This document shows, piece by piece, positions 9,910-19,932 of a stretch of DNA of 38,052 bases; position 1 is the first letter of the stretch; each line of letters opens with the position of its first letter. The translations under genes and the position numbers were made by a program. The stretch is from Bacteroidota bacterium (GTDB lineage Bacteria > Bacteroidota > Bacteroidia > Bacteroidales > GCA-2748055). The notes under the pieces were generated by a model. The model made no database searches. It was not told the DNA's origin and worked only from the letters and a program-made list of their open reading frames with translations. Location: NCBI GenBank assembly GCA_030637895.1, contig DAOWFP010000066.1:1-38052 (forward strand). Reading direction: 5' to 3'.

Positions 9910-12645
9910 TTACGAATTCAGCTTCAATGAGGTCGTAGAATAGAACTTATATTTACCTGAACCAATTTCTATTTCTGCCTGGCCATTCTCAAAACCACGC
10001 AATTGAATTTCCTTGCTATCCAGTATGGAAATACCGCTCTCAGTAATATCAGTTTTGGAGCTTGCCGGAATAAAAACAGTGGCTGATGTATTTTCCGGAA
10101 TATCAACTTCAAGGATAAAGCTTTCTTCGGTTTTCTCCCAGCTAACTTCAATCTTACCATAGGGAGAAATATGATAACCTAAGGCCCACTGCAGCGAATC
10201 AATTTGGGCGGGTTTAATGATAATATGCTTATAACCCGGGGCTTCCGTGTCGATCTGAATGCCTAATAAACCGCGTTGAAACCAGCCACCAATCCCATTC
10301 AGGCAACCATGAACCCGTGAATTGACCGGCTCCCAGTACTCGGGCCAGGTAATCTCACCCCTTGCAATAAACTCCCCATAGCTGGGATAGGTGGTTTGAT
10401 TCATGAGTGTGTGCAAGAGCTCATGCTTCCCTGTTTCGGTCAGGTATTTGGTCAGATAGTAGGTACCGTGAATTCCGGTATCAAAATGGCCATTCTGGTT
10501 TTTATTTATTTCTTCCGCCAACCTTTTCTCTACTTCAGGAATATCTTTCTCAGGCACTATTCCGGCCATCAGTGGCATCACCAGGTGGGTTTGTCTGGTA
10601 TCGATGTAGGTGTAGTTTATAGAATCATAATAGAAGTGGTTAATCGCATCGCTTAATTCCTGTGCTTTGGTCCGGTAAGCAAGGGCATTATCTTCCATTT
10701 TCAGAATATGAGCGATGTTGGCCGCAATTTTCAATACATATACATAGTAACAGTTGTTAAACAAGCTGGCTTCAGCAGTAAAACTTTCCTCATTTCCATG
10801 TGGATTTGCCCAATCCCCAAGGAAAAGCCATCGCTTACCATCCATGTACTCCCAATCGCCTGCGGATACCACATTCAGCAATCCATTTTCATTTATATGT
10901 TCTTCCATATACACGAGCCATTTTTGAGCAGCAAGAAAGGTGCTTTCCAGTATCCGTGTATTGCCATAGCTCAGATATACTTCCCAGGGCAGGGTGAGAA
11001 TAAAACCACTCCATGCAGGACCTCCTCCGCCCCCCAGAGTAGGTGCAGTATGGTTTATGCGCCCGCTTGCATCCTGAATATCCACCCAGTCCTGTGCCCA
11101 TTTTGTGAAGAAGGGGTGTGAAGCATAGGCATCGTTTGCTATATCCAGGCTGCCATGACCGTCGCCTCCGTATCCCAGCCTTTCACGGTGAGGGCAATCC
11201 ACAGACATACCTCCGGTGGATAGACTCTCGTAGGTATAGCAGGTGTTATCGTAAATCTGGTTCAGCAACTCATTTGAACAGTGAAAATCACCAAAGCGTT
11301 CACGGTCATTTGTAACCTGGTATCCAACTATATCATGTAGCTCCGGCTGGTAATCAATACCAGCAATGCTAATATATTCAACCTGGTGATAGGAAAACCT
11401 GTTTCTAAACTTCCCCTCTCCATCATCACCAATTACCAGCACGTTTGTCTGGTTAAATTCCACCGCTCTGTCCGGATAGGAGGAAGCTGAAATGGAGATA
11501 CGCTGTCCCGGCCTTCCCTTCAATGTGGCCTCAATCCAACCTGTGTAGATGGAATCCATGGTAAATTGATACTGTCGCTCTCCCGTTTTCTTCAAGGATA
11601 TAGCCGACCGTTTCTTTACCATCCTGTTGGGTTCCAGAAAATCAGAACTTAGCTTCAATCCACATGCTACCACATCAACCCTGGCCCACTGGCTCTCCTC
11701 AAAATGGTCTAGTGCCCATTCCACATCATGATCCGCATCCACAACCAGGTCTCCACCAAAATCGCTGTTTTGCCATCTACCCAGGTGGTAGGTATTGCTC
11801 GCCGAATAGCTCCACGATTCTCCTGTGGCGATCCAATGCTCCGGACTAATTCGAAATTGAGCCCTGCATAAAGGACTTTTTTCTACATTGAAATCTACTT
11901 TGGGATTAGCATCCGAAAAATCTGCCCATCCTGACGACAACCAGATAACAATGTTGTTCTTGCCTTCCTTCAAGTGTGGAGCAATATCATAACTTGAATA
12001 CAGGACCCTGTTTCTAAGATCTGAAACCGAGGGGCTAAGCACAGCATCGCTTACCTTCTTGCCATTCACATATAGTTCGTGAAATCCAAGGGATGCGACA
12101 AAGGCAGGGGCAAAAAGGGGTGTTCTATCCAGATCAAAATCATATTTAAAGTAGGGACAATTGCTTGAATCAATGTCCGGACCATAAATCCATTCTCCAA
12201 GCCACTCATTTTCATCCAGGATTCCCGTCTCGAAAGATGCCCATTTGCTGAATTTACTTTTGCTTCCCTTATTATCTTCAATTTGAATTCTCCAATAGTA
12301 TTTCCTTGCCGATTGGAGGGGCTCGCCTTCATACCTGATATTTACAGAATTCCCGGAAGGTATTTTACCTGAATTCCAAATGGGCCAGCTAGCATCCTCA
12401 GGTATTCTTTCAGATTCATATACCAGTATTCTGTACGAGGACTGAGCAACATTCCGTCTGCCAGGAGCATCAATTTCCCAGCTCAGGTAAGGACGTGAAT
12501 GTTCAACACCCCTGGGATTGGATAAAAACTCACACTTAAGCTTCCTTGCGATCAGGTCATAGGACAGATCTTTCTTATCCTGACAGGCCGTAAGGAGGAT
12601 AAGAGTCCCTATCATCAAAACAAGATTTACTGACCTATTTATCAT
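9910..12645 (-). CDS. GH78-like alpha-L-rhamnosidase family protein, probable lipoprotein
   Basis: Lipobox LLTAC; LKCEFLSNPRG N-terminal module; SLGFHELYVNG; DCPHRERLGYGGD; GDW; C-terminal PGYKHIIIKP...SPYGKIEVSW. Confidence 0.9.
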   Translation of the reverse strand: MINRSVNLVLMIGTLILLTACQDKKDLSYDLIARKLKCEFLSNPRGVEHSRPYLSWEIDAPGRRNVAQSSYRILVYESERIPEDASWPIWNSGKIPSGNSVNIRYEGEPLQSARKYYWRIQIEDNKGSKSKFSKWASFETGILDENEWLGEWIYGPDIDSSNCPYFKYDFDLDRTPLFAPAFVASLGFHELYVNGKKVSDAVLSPSVSDLRNRVLYSSYDIAPHLKEGKNNIVIWLSSGWADFSDANPKVDFNVEKSPLCRAQFRISPEHWIATGESWSYSASNTYHLGRWQNSDFGGDLVVDADHDVEWALDHFEESQWARVDVVACGLKLSSDFLEPNRMVKKRSAISLKKTGERQYQFTMDSIYTGWIEATLKGRPGQRISISASSYPDRAVEFNQTNVLVIGDDGEGKFRNRFSYHQVEYISIAGIDYQPELHDIVGYQVTNDRERFGDFHCSNELLNQIYDNTCYTYESLSTGGMSVDCPHRERLGYGGDGHGSLDIANDAYASHPFFTKWAQDWVDIQDASGRINHTAPTLGGGGGPAWSGFILTLPWEVYLSYGNTRILESTFLAAQKWLVYMEEHINENGLLNVVSAGDWEYMDGKRWLFLGDWANPHGNEESFTAEASLFNNCYYVYVLKIAANIAHILKMEDNALAYRTKAQELSDAINHFYYDSINYTYIDTRQTHLVMPLMAGIVPEKDIPEVEKRLAEEINKNQNGHFDTGIHGTYYLTKYLTETGKHELLHTLMNQTTYPSYGEFIARGEITWPEYWEPVNSRVHGCLNGIGGWFQRGLLGIQIDTEAPGYKHIIIKPAQIDSLQWALGYHISPYGKIEVSWEKTEESFILEVDIPENTSATVFIPASSKTDITESGISILDSKEIQLRGFENGQAEIEIGSGKYKFYSTTSLKLNS

Positions 12646-12750
12646 GCCTGTGAATTAGATTTACCGGACATTTACAAGAAACTCCATGGAAGATAGAAAC
12701 AGATAGTTTTTTGGGTTAATTCTCATCCTCTGTTAAGCCTGTTGGCTATC

Positions 12751-12806
12751 CTAATATAGGATCCCGGGAATAGCAAAACATTAAAGTCGCATTAATAAAA
12801 GATTAA
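12751..12806 (-). promoter_or_regulatory. Promoter with three 11-bp-phased TTAA boxes upstream of GH78
   Basis: AATATA 12753-12758, 22 nt, TTAA at 12781, 12792 and 12803; minus strand TATATTAG. Confidence 0.72.
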
Positions 12807-12821
12807 AGCTTCAATAATAGC

Positions 12822-15230
12822 TTAAAGGTGCTTTGTCCAGATCTCTTTGATGGTTTCCTCCTGGGAATAACCAGTGGGGCATTCCTCACTTTTTGTATTC
12901 GCATGGTAGTTGCCATTTGTTTCGTTGGGACAGGATATCATGCGACTCACCGGCATTTGCAGATGTCCGTTGGGATCGGTTTCTTTTAACCAGTTAAAGG
13001 CATATTTCAACCAATCGTTCCTGTATTCCTCTGGCTGCTGAGCATACCAGGAGATCTCATCCCAGCCCCAAACAAAGATGGAGGTGGTGTCTGCTTCATT
13101 GGGTGGAGTCTTTCGTCCGTAGTTATCAAACTCAACCAGGTAAGGAAGGCTTTTACAGCTCCAGCCACTGGGTGAGATACATCCTTTACTTTTTTTGAAA
13201 AGCCCATCCAGGTAGTTCACCTCCAGCTTACTTTCATAGGGTTTCTCAGGAATTTCTTTGATGCGCATGGGAAAGGAGTTAAAATCGATCAGGCTTACAC
13301 CGTCCTTTACCATATCTCCCCTGGGCACATGGGCATCAAGCAGGACCCAATTCCTGCGGGCATGCTTCCCTGCATACTCCCGGATCTTTGTCAAAAGTCC
13401 GGCCCAATCTTTCCGTTCCGGATCATTCATTCCAATGAGCTCCACCTGTCCCAGATGAAAAGCTTCACAGCCCAGATCCATGTACGATCCTGCCAGGTAG
13501 TAGAACCAGAGTCGCGATTCCACTTTACTGATATCAGGCACGCTGCTTCCCTCCCGCCAGTGATTCACATAAATACCCTTGTCATTCAGCATGGCTTCAT
13601 AGGAGAAATTTCTTTGCTCATCAGGCAATCCAAAATCTTCAAATACCCAATGTGGTATTTTCACCTCATTCACTTCTTCGGTCACAATTTCAAATAAACA
13701 GCCCTGGAAAATTATTTCCGGATCAAATGCATGGAGGGTATCCATCAGGGATTTTGCATCGCTCCAGAAATCAGGATCATTTAAACGACTTTCGCCTCCC
13801 CAACGATAGAGGGCCCGCCCGATAAATTTGGCACCGATATTCTTTATTAATCGGATATCGTCGGAATGAAAGGGATAGGTACGTCGGCCTTCGGGATGAT
13901 GTGGTACCAGGAAAAAGGCCATGGTGACTGAGCGGTCCAGGTAGTTTTCCAACACCTCTCGTGATATCCCATCTTTATCAAAATTGAATGACCTGGACCC
14001 TCCAAATGTCCTGTTATATAGATTCTCCTCTTTATCAAAGCAGCCTGCCATTTGAATAACAGCCTGATCATTCTCAATGCTTATGGGAGAATCGGAAACA
14101 TAATTTCTCATGCGGCTTCCCCATATGGATACAGTTAATTTCTTATCTCCTCTTACCAGCAGGAAATCCCATGACATATTTTCAGGGACCGTGGTAAGTG
14201 CTCCATTCCCCCCCGAAAATGCTTCCACATTGCTCAGAGAAGTATGCCCCTCTCCTTCGATAATGATGGGATGTATATTTTCAACGCTCTCGCCGGTATT
14301 GGCGATAATGGAGCCCTGTGCAATCTGCCAGTTACGGTTCTTTGTGTTGTTGCCTCGTTTTAAAATGCCAACAGCCACACAGTCGAAGTTGAAATTGGTA
14401 AGTTGCCCGTAGGATTCTCCATCCAGCAGAATCCCTCCATAAGTGCCAAAGGTGAAGAGATCAATCAGCTGTGCATTATCGGTATGATTTATGGTAAAGG
14501 TAAAGGTCTTTTTTGCGATGACGGCATCCACCACTTCCCTGCTGAACTGCCCTCCAATAAAACGCTGTATGGCAGGATTCACATGACAATGCAAGATGCG
14601 TGGAACATCATAACAGTAATTTATCCGGATAAACTCACCACTGAGGGGGTATCCGTAGCAGTGTTCAAAGGTCATTAGCTCGCAGGCAAATTTTCGCTGC
14701 GCATTAAAATCAAAGGCCAGGTATTCACCGTAAAAGGTAAGGCATGAAAGGTAGACACCCTGAGATCTGCTGGTTTCCGAAACCTTTATGGTGGCCGGAT
14801 ATGGAATAATGGCCGTCGGATCATCAATGGTTTGCTCGGGATACCAGAACTGGATCCCCTTTATCTGTGTACCCGACTCTACGGTAATGAAGGCATTCTC
14901 CTGATCGGTAATGGCAAAAACACTTCCCACCGGCTGCTTTTTGGTTGAATGGGCCGTCCCCCGCGGAGTTGGTCCATGCACCCCGATCAGTGAAACATTT
15001 TTCTTCAAAATGATTCCGCCGTCCACTGCATAGGGTTCTTCTGAGGGTTCTACCAGGAGAGCCGAACCGGTAGCAGAGGCCCAGTCAATGGCTTTTTGAA
15101 GGTTGAGCTTATTTTTGGCGGAACTGTTCCCCGGCTTTACACCAAATTTTTGAATACTTGGTATCTCGGATGCTACGGCCAGATTTATACTGAGGACCAG
15201 CAGCAAAGATATGATTGCAATCCTTTTCAT
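12822..15230 (-). CDS. Secreted two-domain hypothetical protein (right-handed beta-helix-like N-terminus plus putative barrel C-terminus)
   Basis: 802-aa ORF with signal peptide. The N-terminus FGVKPG...NLQKAID...Y.VDGGIIL..NVSLIG resembles the Pectate_lyase_3-type start. A second domain begins near FNFDKDGISREVLENYL. Confidence 0.7.
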   Translation of the reverse strand: MKRIAIISLLLVLSINLAVASEIPSIQKFGVKPGNSSAKNKLNLQKAIDWASATGSALLVEPSEEPYAVDGGIILKKNVSLIGVHGPTPRGTAHSTKKQPVGSVFAITDQENAFITVESGTQIKGIQFWYPEQTIDDPTAIIPYPATIKVSETSRSQGVYLSCLTFYGEYLAFDFNAQRKFACELMTFEHCYGYPLSGEFIRINYCYDVPRILHCHVNPAIQRFIGGQFSREVVDAVIAKKTFTFTINHTDNAQLIDLFTFGTYGGILLDGESYGQLTNFNFDCVAVGILKRGNNTKNRNWQIAQGSIIANTGESVENIHPIIIEGEGHTSLSNVEAFSGGNGALTTVPENMSWDFLLVRGDKKLTVSIWGSRMRNYVSDSPISIENDQAVIQMAGCFDKEENLYNRTFGGSRSFNFDKDGISREVLENYLDRSVTMAFFLVPHHPEGRRTYPFHSDDIRLIKNIGAKFIGRALYRWGGESRLNDPDFWSDAKSLMDTLHAFDPEIIFQGCLFEIVTEEVNEVKIPHWVFEDFGLPDEQRNFSYEAMLNDKGIYVNHWREGSSVPDISKVESRLWFYYLAGSYMDLGCEAFHLGQVELIGMNDPERKDWAGLLTKIREYAGKHARRNWVLLDAHVPRGDMVKDGVSLIDFNSFPMRIKEIPEKPYESKLEVNYLDGLFKKSKGCISPSGWSCKSLPYLVEFDNYGRKTPPNEADTTSIFVWGWDEISWYAQQPEEYRNDWLKYAFNWLKETDPNGHLQMPVSRMISCPNETNGNYHANTKSEECPTGYSQEETIKEIWTKHL

Positions 15231-15239
15231 TTTTTTGTA

Positions 15240-16328
15240 TTAAGGTTCTAACAACTTTGATAAGTCCACCGAATCGTAGGGTTTTTCTCCGAATCCCGCA
15301 TAATACTCCAGGAGAATCCTTTCGCCTGTTTCATCTATTTTAATCACAGCATATCCGGGTAAATCGGTCTGTTTAAAATAGCTTACATGCTTCGCCTCTT
15401 CAGCCAACATGGCCTTTCTAGCCTCCAGAGTTTCGGGCTGCCACCCGCTCATGTTTTCCGCAAGCGATGGGCCATATTCCGTAATCACTTTTGCAGGCTC
15501 CTGGTAATCTCTTTCTTTGATCACACTGATTACCATAAGTTGTACCACTGGCCCGTAGGGAGTTTCCCGCCGCACAAGCGAATAACGATGCAGGTGGCCG
15601 CATAAGACTATCGCTTTGTGACTGGCAATGACTTTAAGAAGCTCATCCCGCTTTTCAGTATCCCGCCTCAGGGTGTGCCAGCACCTTTCTGTAACCGGGA
15701 TTACAGGTTCATGGATAGCCACGAATTTATACTTCGCATCCGACCCTGAAAGTTCCTGCTCAAGGAAAGAGATCATATCTGTCTCTTTATCCCAGGGATC
15801 CAAACAGGTGATCTGAACATTGTTGTAGCAGTAGGAATAACTGGCACGCTTGATATCCGGATTTCCGGTCTGTTTTCTGATCATGGGAACATAGTGTTCC
15901 TGAAAGGCTTCATGTGCTCCGGGCCCTGTTATATCGTGATTTCCCTTGGTCAGGATCCAGGGTGCGGGCATTCTGGCAGCTTCAATGGCTTCCATGGTAT
16001 TGGATGCCATCTGATGGGCTTTTACATCATTACCGGCAAGACCTTCCGACAGATCTCCCAGTTGAATGATCGCTTTTACTGGTGGATCGGTATGTTCAGC
16101 TCTCTTTTTGAGAACCGACATAAAATCGGTCCAGTTCTCCCTGGTGTAAACGGTGTATTCTTCCGTCACCTGGCGCAAGTCACCCGGCTTCTGCTTAAGC
16201 CAGTCCATATCATGATCATCCAGAAGATCATAATGCAAATCCCCAAGCACGATGAAACTGCTGCTCTGGTCCTCTGAGCAATTACTTAGTAAAACCAGCA
16301 GTGAAGCCAGCAACAAAAATCTTTTCAT
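15240..16328 (-). CDS. Metallophosphoesterase, probable lipoprotein
   Basis: GDLHY, LGDL, KGNHD, GHLH motifs. Start placed at ATG 16328 (MKRFLL...LLSNC) rather than TTG 16343. Confidence 0.87.
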   Translation of the reverse strand: MKRFLLLASLLVLLSNCSEDQSSSFIVLGDLHYDLLDDHDMDWLKQKPGDLRQVTEEYTVYTRENWTDFMSVLKKRAEHTDPPVKAIIQLGDLSEGLAGNDVKAHQMASNTMEAIEAARMPAPWILTKGNHDITGPGAHEAFQEHYVPMIRKQTGNPDIKRASYSYCYNNVQITCLDPWDKETDMISFLEQELSGSDAKYKFVAIHEPVIPVTERCWHTLRRDTEKRDELLKVIASHKAIVLCGHLHRYSLVRRETPYGPVVQLMVISVIKERDYQEPAKVITEYGPSLAENMSGWQPETLEARKAMLAEEAKHVSYFKQTDLPGYAVIKIDETGERILLEYYAGFGEKPYDSVDLSKLLEP

Positions 16329-16345
16329 TACAATAAGATTCAACT

Positions 16346-17437
16346 TTACCTGCTTAATTTAACCGGCATCCCGGTTTCGCTGCTTTGACGTGCAGCCTCC
16401 AGGATCTCTACTACAGTAAGGTTTATTTCCAAAGAGGATAAATCGGTAGGAGCAACCTTGATATCTCCTTTGACCGCTGCCGCAAAAAAGGCAAAAGGAT
16501 CCGTAAATGGAGCCGCTGATACCGGCACTTTCTTAAGTTCCTCACCTGTTTTTTCGTCCAGGCGGAACCTGATGGTTTCTGCATCATCTATAAATACATA
16601 TCCGGAATTTCCATAGATATGCATGTCTTTCCGGTTGAAGGGCCAGTTCCATGAGGCATGAATAACTCCCTCCATGTCCGGATAGGAAAGAACGATGGTA
16701 GCATCATCATCCACATGGGGATAGACATCTGGCTTATACTGCTTTAATTCAGCATATACAGTGAGGGGCTTTTCCCCTTTGAGCATCCAGGTGATCAGGT
16801 CAGCGCCATAACATCCAAAGTCGATCACAGCCCCACCTCCATTTAACACAGGATCGGTCAGCCACTCTAAAAATTCAGGATTCACACCAATTTCTTTGGG
16901 ACCTTTATGGCCGTCGTAGACAATAACCTTTCTTAATTCCCCGAGCTCTCCATTTCTTACCATGTCATATCCCACATAATTAGAAGGATACCAGGTGGTT
17001 TCATAGTTGGTCAAAACCTGAATTCCATGCTCCTCTGAAAGCTTTTTCATGATCCCTGCATGTTCAGTAGATACGGCCAGGGGTTTTTCAACCATCACAT
17101 CAATGCCTCGTTTGGCACAGGCTTGCACCACCTCTAAATGATCGAAGATTGAAGTAAAAGTGATAACCCCATCAGGCCTGGTCTTCTCCAGCATCTCTTC
17201 CAGTGACTCATAAATCAGATTCTTGTCAAGGTGATAAGCCTCAGCATATCGATCTGAAAGATCGGTATTGCTTTCTGCGATTCCCACAATTTGAATATCT
17301 TCCCGATCCAGGTTTCTAAGTAAAGGGATCACATGCGAATGAGACAATCCCGCAACCCCAATTCTTACAGGCTCCTGGCCGGATATGGGATTCATTAGAA
17401 CTCCCATGCACAGAATAAAAAGAGTGGTAATTCTCAT
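16346..17437 (-). CDS. Gfo/Idh/MocA family oxidoreductase with Sec-type signal peptide
   Basis: RIGVAGLSHSH Rossmann start, VEKPLA, GGGAVIDFGCYG. Confidence 0.9.
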   Translation of the reverse strand: MRITTLFILCMGVLMNPISGQEPVRIGVAGLSHSHVIPLLRNLDREDIQIVGIAESNTDLSDRYAEAYHLDKNLIYESLEEMLEKTRPDGVITFTSIFDHLEVVQACAKRGIDVMVEKPLAVSTEHAGIMKKLSEEHGIQVLTNYETTWYPSNYVGYDMVRNGELGELRKVIVYDGHKGPKEIGVNPEFLEWLTDPVLNGGGAVIDFGCYGADLITWMLKGEKPLTVYAELKQYKPDVYPHVDDDATIVLSYPDMEGVIHASWNWPFNRKDMHIYGNSGYVFIDDAETIRFRLDEKTGEELKKVPVSAAPFTDPFAFFAAAVKGDIKVAPTDLSSLEINLTVVEILEAARQSSETGMPVKLSR

Positions 17438-17465
17438 AGCAAACCGTAAAGTTTGGCATTAGGTA

Positions 17466-18569
17466 TCAGGTACTAATCTGCTGCAGTGCATAGGCATAAG
17501 CACCCAGCGCTATAGACTCACTGGCTCCCCTTGTGCTGGTGGCGATGGCCAGCCTGGGTACCGGATCATAGGATATGGTTTTGTCAGTTCCCGGAATAGG
17601 AAGGGTTTTGGAATAATCCCTGAAAAAATCCTTCCGCTCCTCTTCATTGTCCAGGTTAAATACCTTCTGTACCAATCTGGGTAGTTCATCTGCATTGGAG
17701 GGACGAAACTTGTAGTTCAACTCCTCCATCACGGCTGGCATATAAAGATCCCTTGCGCCGGTAATCCCTCCACCGATCACAGCGATTCCATCAGAAAGAG
17801 TCAGGATATTGGCTACCGTATCACCCAGGGCACGTCCTGTGGCTTCATATGCTTTCAAAGCTGCTTCTCTGTTCCCCTCCTTCTCTCCTCTGGCTATCTC
17901 ATATATATCCTTGGGTTCCAGTTCGTTGGGATATTTAATACCAGCCTCTTCGGCGTAAAACCTTTGAACAGACCGAATGCTCACCGCATCTTCAGCATTG
18001 ATGGTAGGGTGATGCCTGTTGCTGAAAAGCCACACTTCTGCAGCAGTTACATTATCACCGGTGATCAGCTGACCGTTCGAAACAAAGCCACCACCAAAAC
18101 CGGTACCCAGTGTAAAGCCAAAGAGGTTCTTGTATCTTTTTGGACTTCCTGAGGCCTCAAGTTGGCTGTTGATCTCGGGTAAAATCCCTCCAAGAGCCTC
18201 TCCATAGGCAAAGAGGTCGCCATCATTGTTTATATATACCGGCAATCCAAACTCCTCTTCCAGGATGCTTTTCAGCGGCACACCTCCCTGAAAAGCAGGA
18301 AGATTGTTGGAATTATCTATGATCCCGTTGGCATAGTCTGCCGGCCCCGGAAAGGCAAAACTAATTGCCACGGGGATCTCCTCTATGGATTGAATAACCT
18401 CACTAAAGCCCTCCTTCATGGTGGCCAGGCATCTTTCCAGGTGATCTGCATTGGAATCCTTTCTGATCCCGCCTGTGATGGCTTTGCCGCTTTTGAATGC
18501 ATTAAATACGAAATTAGTTCCACCTGCATCCAGGGTCAACACCACCCGTTCATCATTATAAATATTCAT
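17466..18569 (-). CDS. ROK family hexose kinase
   Basis: LDAGGT, FPGP, INNDGD, TLGTGFGGG; no N-terminal HTH, so a kinase rather than a repressor. Confidence 0.9.
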   Translation of the reverse strand: MNIYNDERVVLTLDAGGTNFVFNAFKSGKAITGGIRKDSNADHLERCLATMKEGFSEVIQSIEEIPVAISFAFPGPADYANGIIDNSNNLPAFQGGVPLKSILEEEFGLPVYINNDGDLFAYGEALGGILPEINSQLEASGSPKRYKNLFGFTLGTGFGGGFVSNGQLITGDNVTAAEVWLFSNRHHPTINAEDAVSIRSVQRFYAEEAGIKYPNELEPKDIYEIARGEKEGNREAALKAYEATGRALGDTVANILTLSDGIAVIGGGITGARDLYMPAVMEELNYKFRPSNADELPRLVQKVFNLDNEEERKDFFRDYSKTLPIPGTDKTISYDPVPRLAIATSTRGASESIALGAYAYALQQIST

Positions 18570-18572
18570 CTC

Positions 18573-19730
18573 TTATGCTTTAGAGGTTCGGGTCGCGATG
18601 TACAGAATATATATCATGCAGAGACCGGGGACAATAAATCCGGCCATCAGACCTGCCATGTCTGCAACCACACCAAACAGGATGGGTACAAAGGCTCCTC
18701 CAATAATAGCTGTTACCATAAGGCCCGAAATTTCATTGCTTCTGTCAGGGTAGGCATCCACAGTAATGGAAAATATGAGTGGGAAAATATTTGCAAAACC
18801 CAGCCCGATGATGGCGATAAATACAAAGGCCAGCACCTCACTTGAGGCAATAAAGAGACCAGCAATACCTAAAATGGAAAGGATGCTGGTAATAATCAGG
18901 AACCTCTTAGGTGATAACCAGTTCAGAATCACACCGCCTAAAAACCTTCCGGTCATCAGGGACAAAAAGAAAAACAGGGTGCCAAACAATCCCTTTTCTT
19001 TGATATCGAAGTCAAATTTCGCTTCTAGAAAGTTAGGGAGTTTCGCACTCATGCTCACCTCGGAGCCCACGTAGAGAAAAATGCCAATGACCATGAGCAG
19101 TATATAGGGATTCTTCAACAGTCCTAAACATGATTTCAGTGTGGCCGGCTTTTCAGGAGTGGCCTTTTCTTCGATGCGAGTGACTAACAATATAACTACA
19201 ACCAGTAGCATCACCCCTCCATAGATCGGAAACAGTAATTTCCAGTCCAATCCCCAATAACGTGCAGCCAGAATGGGGATCAGTGAACCCGACAGGGAGC
19301 CAATGGCCTTCACAAACTGTCCGAAGCTTAGGTTCCTGGAATATTTCCCTTCTGGCGAAACATCCCGCATTATTGGATTCCCTGCTACCTGAAGCATTGT
19401 GGCTCCGGTACCCAGAAAAAGAAGACCTCCCAGAATTAGTATAAAGGATTCATAATTTCCAATGATGGGCAGGATCATTCCCACCAGTGCTGCAAACAAG
19501 CCCATCATCAGCACATGCTTCCTTCCCTTCCGGTCCTGGTACAAACCCATTGGAATGGAGAGTAAGCCAAACATAATGAAGGCCATGAAGGTTACCAGCC
19601 CGGCCTGAAAATTATTCAGGGCGAAATCTGATTGCAGTTGGCTGGTCAGGGGTCCGGATACATCTCCAAAACCCATCACCAGGAAAGCCAGAAATATGGG
19701 CGTCGATTTAAACATGTTGTTCTTTGTCAT
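18573..19730 (-). CDS. MFS sugar permease (FucP/GluP-like)
   Basis: About 12 hydrophobic segments; LQVAGNP, FLYVGSEV, ANIFPLIFS motifs. Confidence 0.9.
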   Translation of the reverse strand: MTKNNMFKSTPIFLAFLVMGFGDVSGPLTSQLQSDFALNNFQAGLVTFMAFIMFGLLSIPMGLYQDRKGRKHVLMMGLFAALVGMILPIIGNYESFILILGGLLFLGTGATMLQVAGNPIMRDVSPEGKYSRNLSFGQFVKAIGSLSGSLIPILAARYWGLDWKLLFPIYGGVMLLVVVILLVTRIEEKATPEKPATLKSCLGLLKNPYILLMVIGIFLYVGSEVSMSAKLPNFLEAKFDFDIKEKGLFGTLFFFLSLMTGRFLGGVILNWLSPKRFLIITSILSILGIAGLFIASSEVLAFVFIAIIGLGFANIFPLIFSITVDAYPDRSNEISGLMVTAIIGGAFVPILFGVVADMAGLMAGFIVPGLCMIYILYIATRTSKA

Positions 19731-19766
19731 AGCTCAAATTGGTCGGTTCGAAAAAAGAATTTTTGT

Positions 19767-19811
19767 TTAATATAGCATCATTGCTGAAAAAAAACATTAA
19801 TTAATTCTTAA
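19767..19811 (-). promoter_or_regulatory. Promoter with TTAA-N7-TTAA box upstream of the MFS-ROK operon
   Basis: AATATA 19769-19774, 22 nt, TTAA 19797, TTAA 19808. Confidence 0.7.
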
Positions 19812-19932
19812 AAAGATCAAACAAAATATATTTCCATGTGTTGAAAGCACTAACTTGTTTTTCTAATATAATTCATACATCTTCGCAACAAGCTATGGAT
19901 AAATTTTTTGCCTATTCACAAGTTCTCAGCGG

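Noticed and set aside
19865-19910. Another AATATA hexamer upstream of the regulator
   Set aside because: There is no TTAA 22 nt away, so it is not a member of the promoter set.
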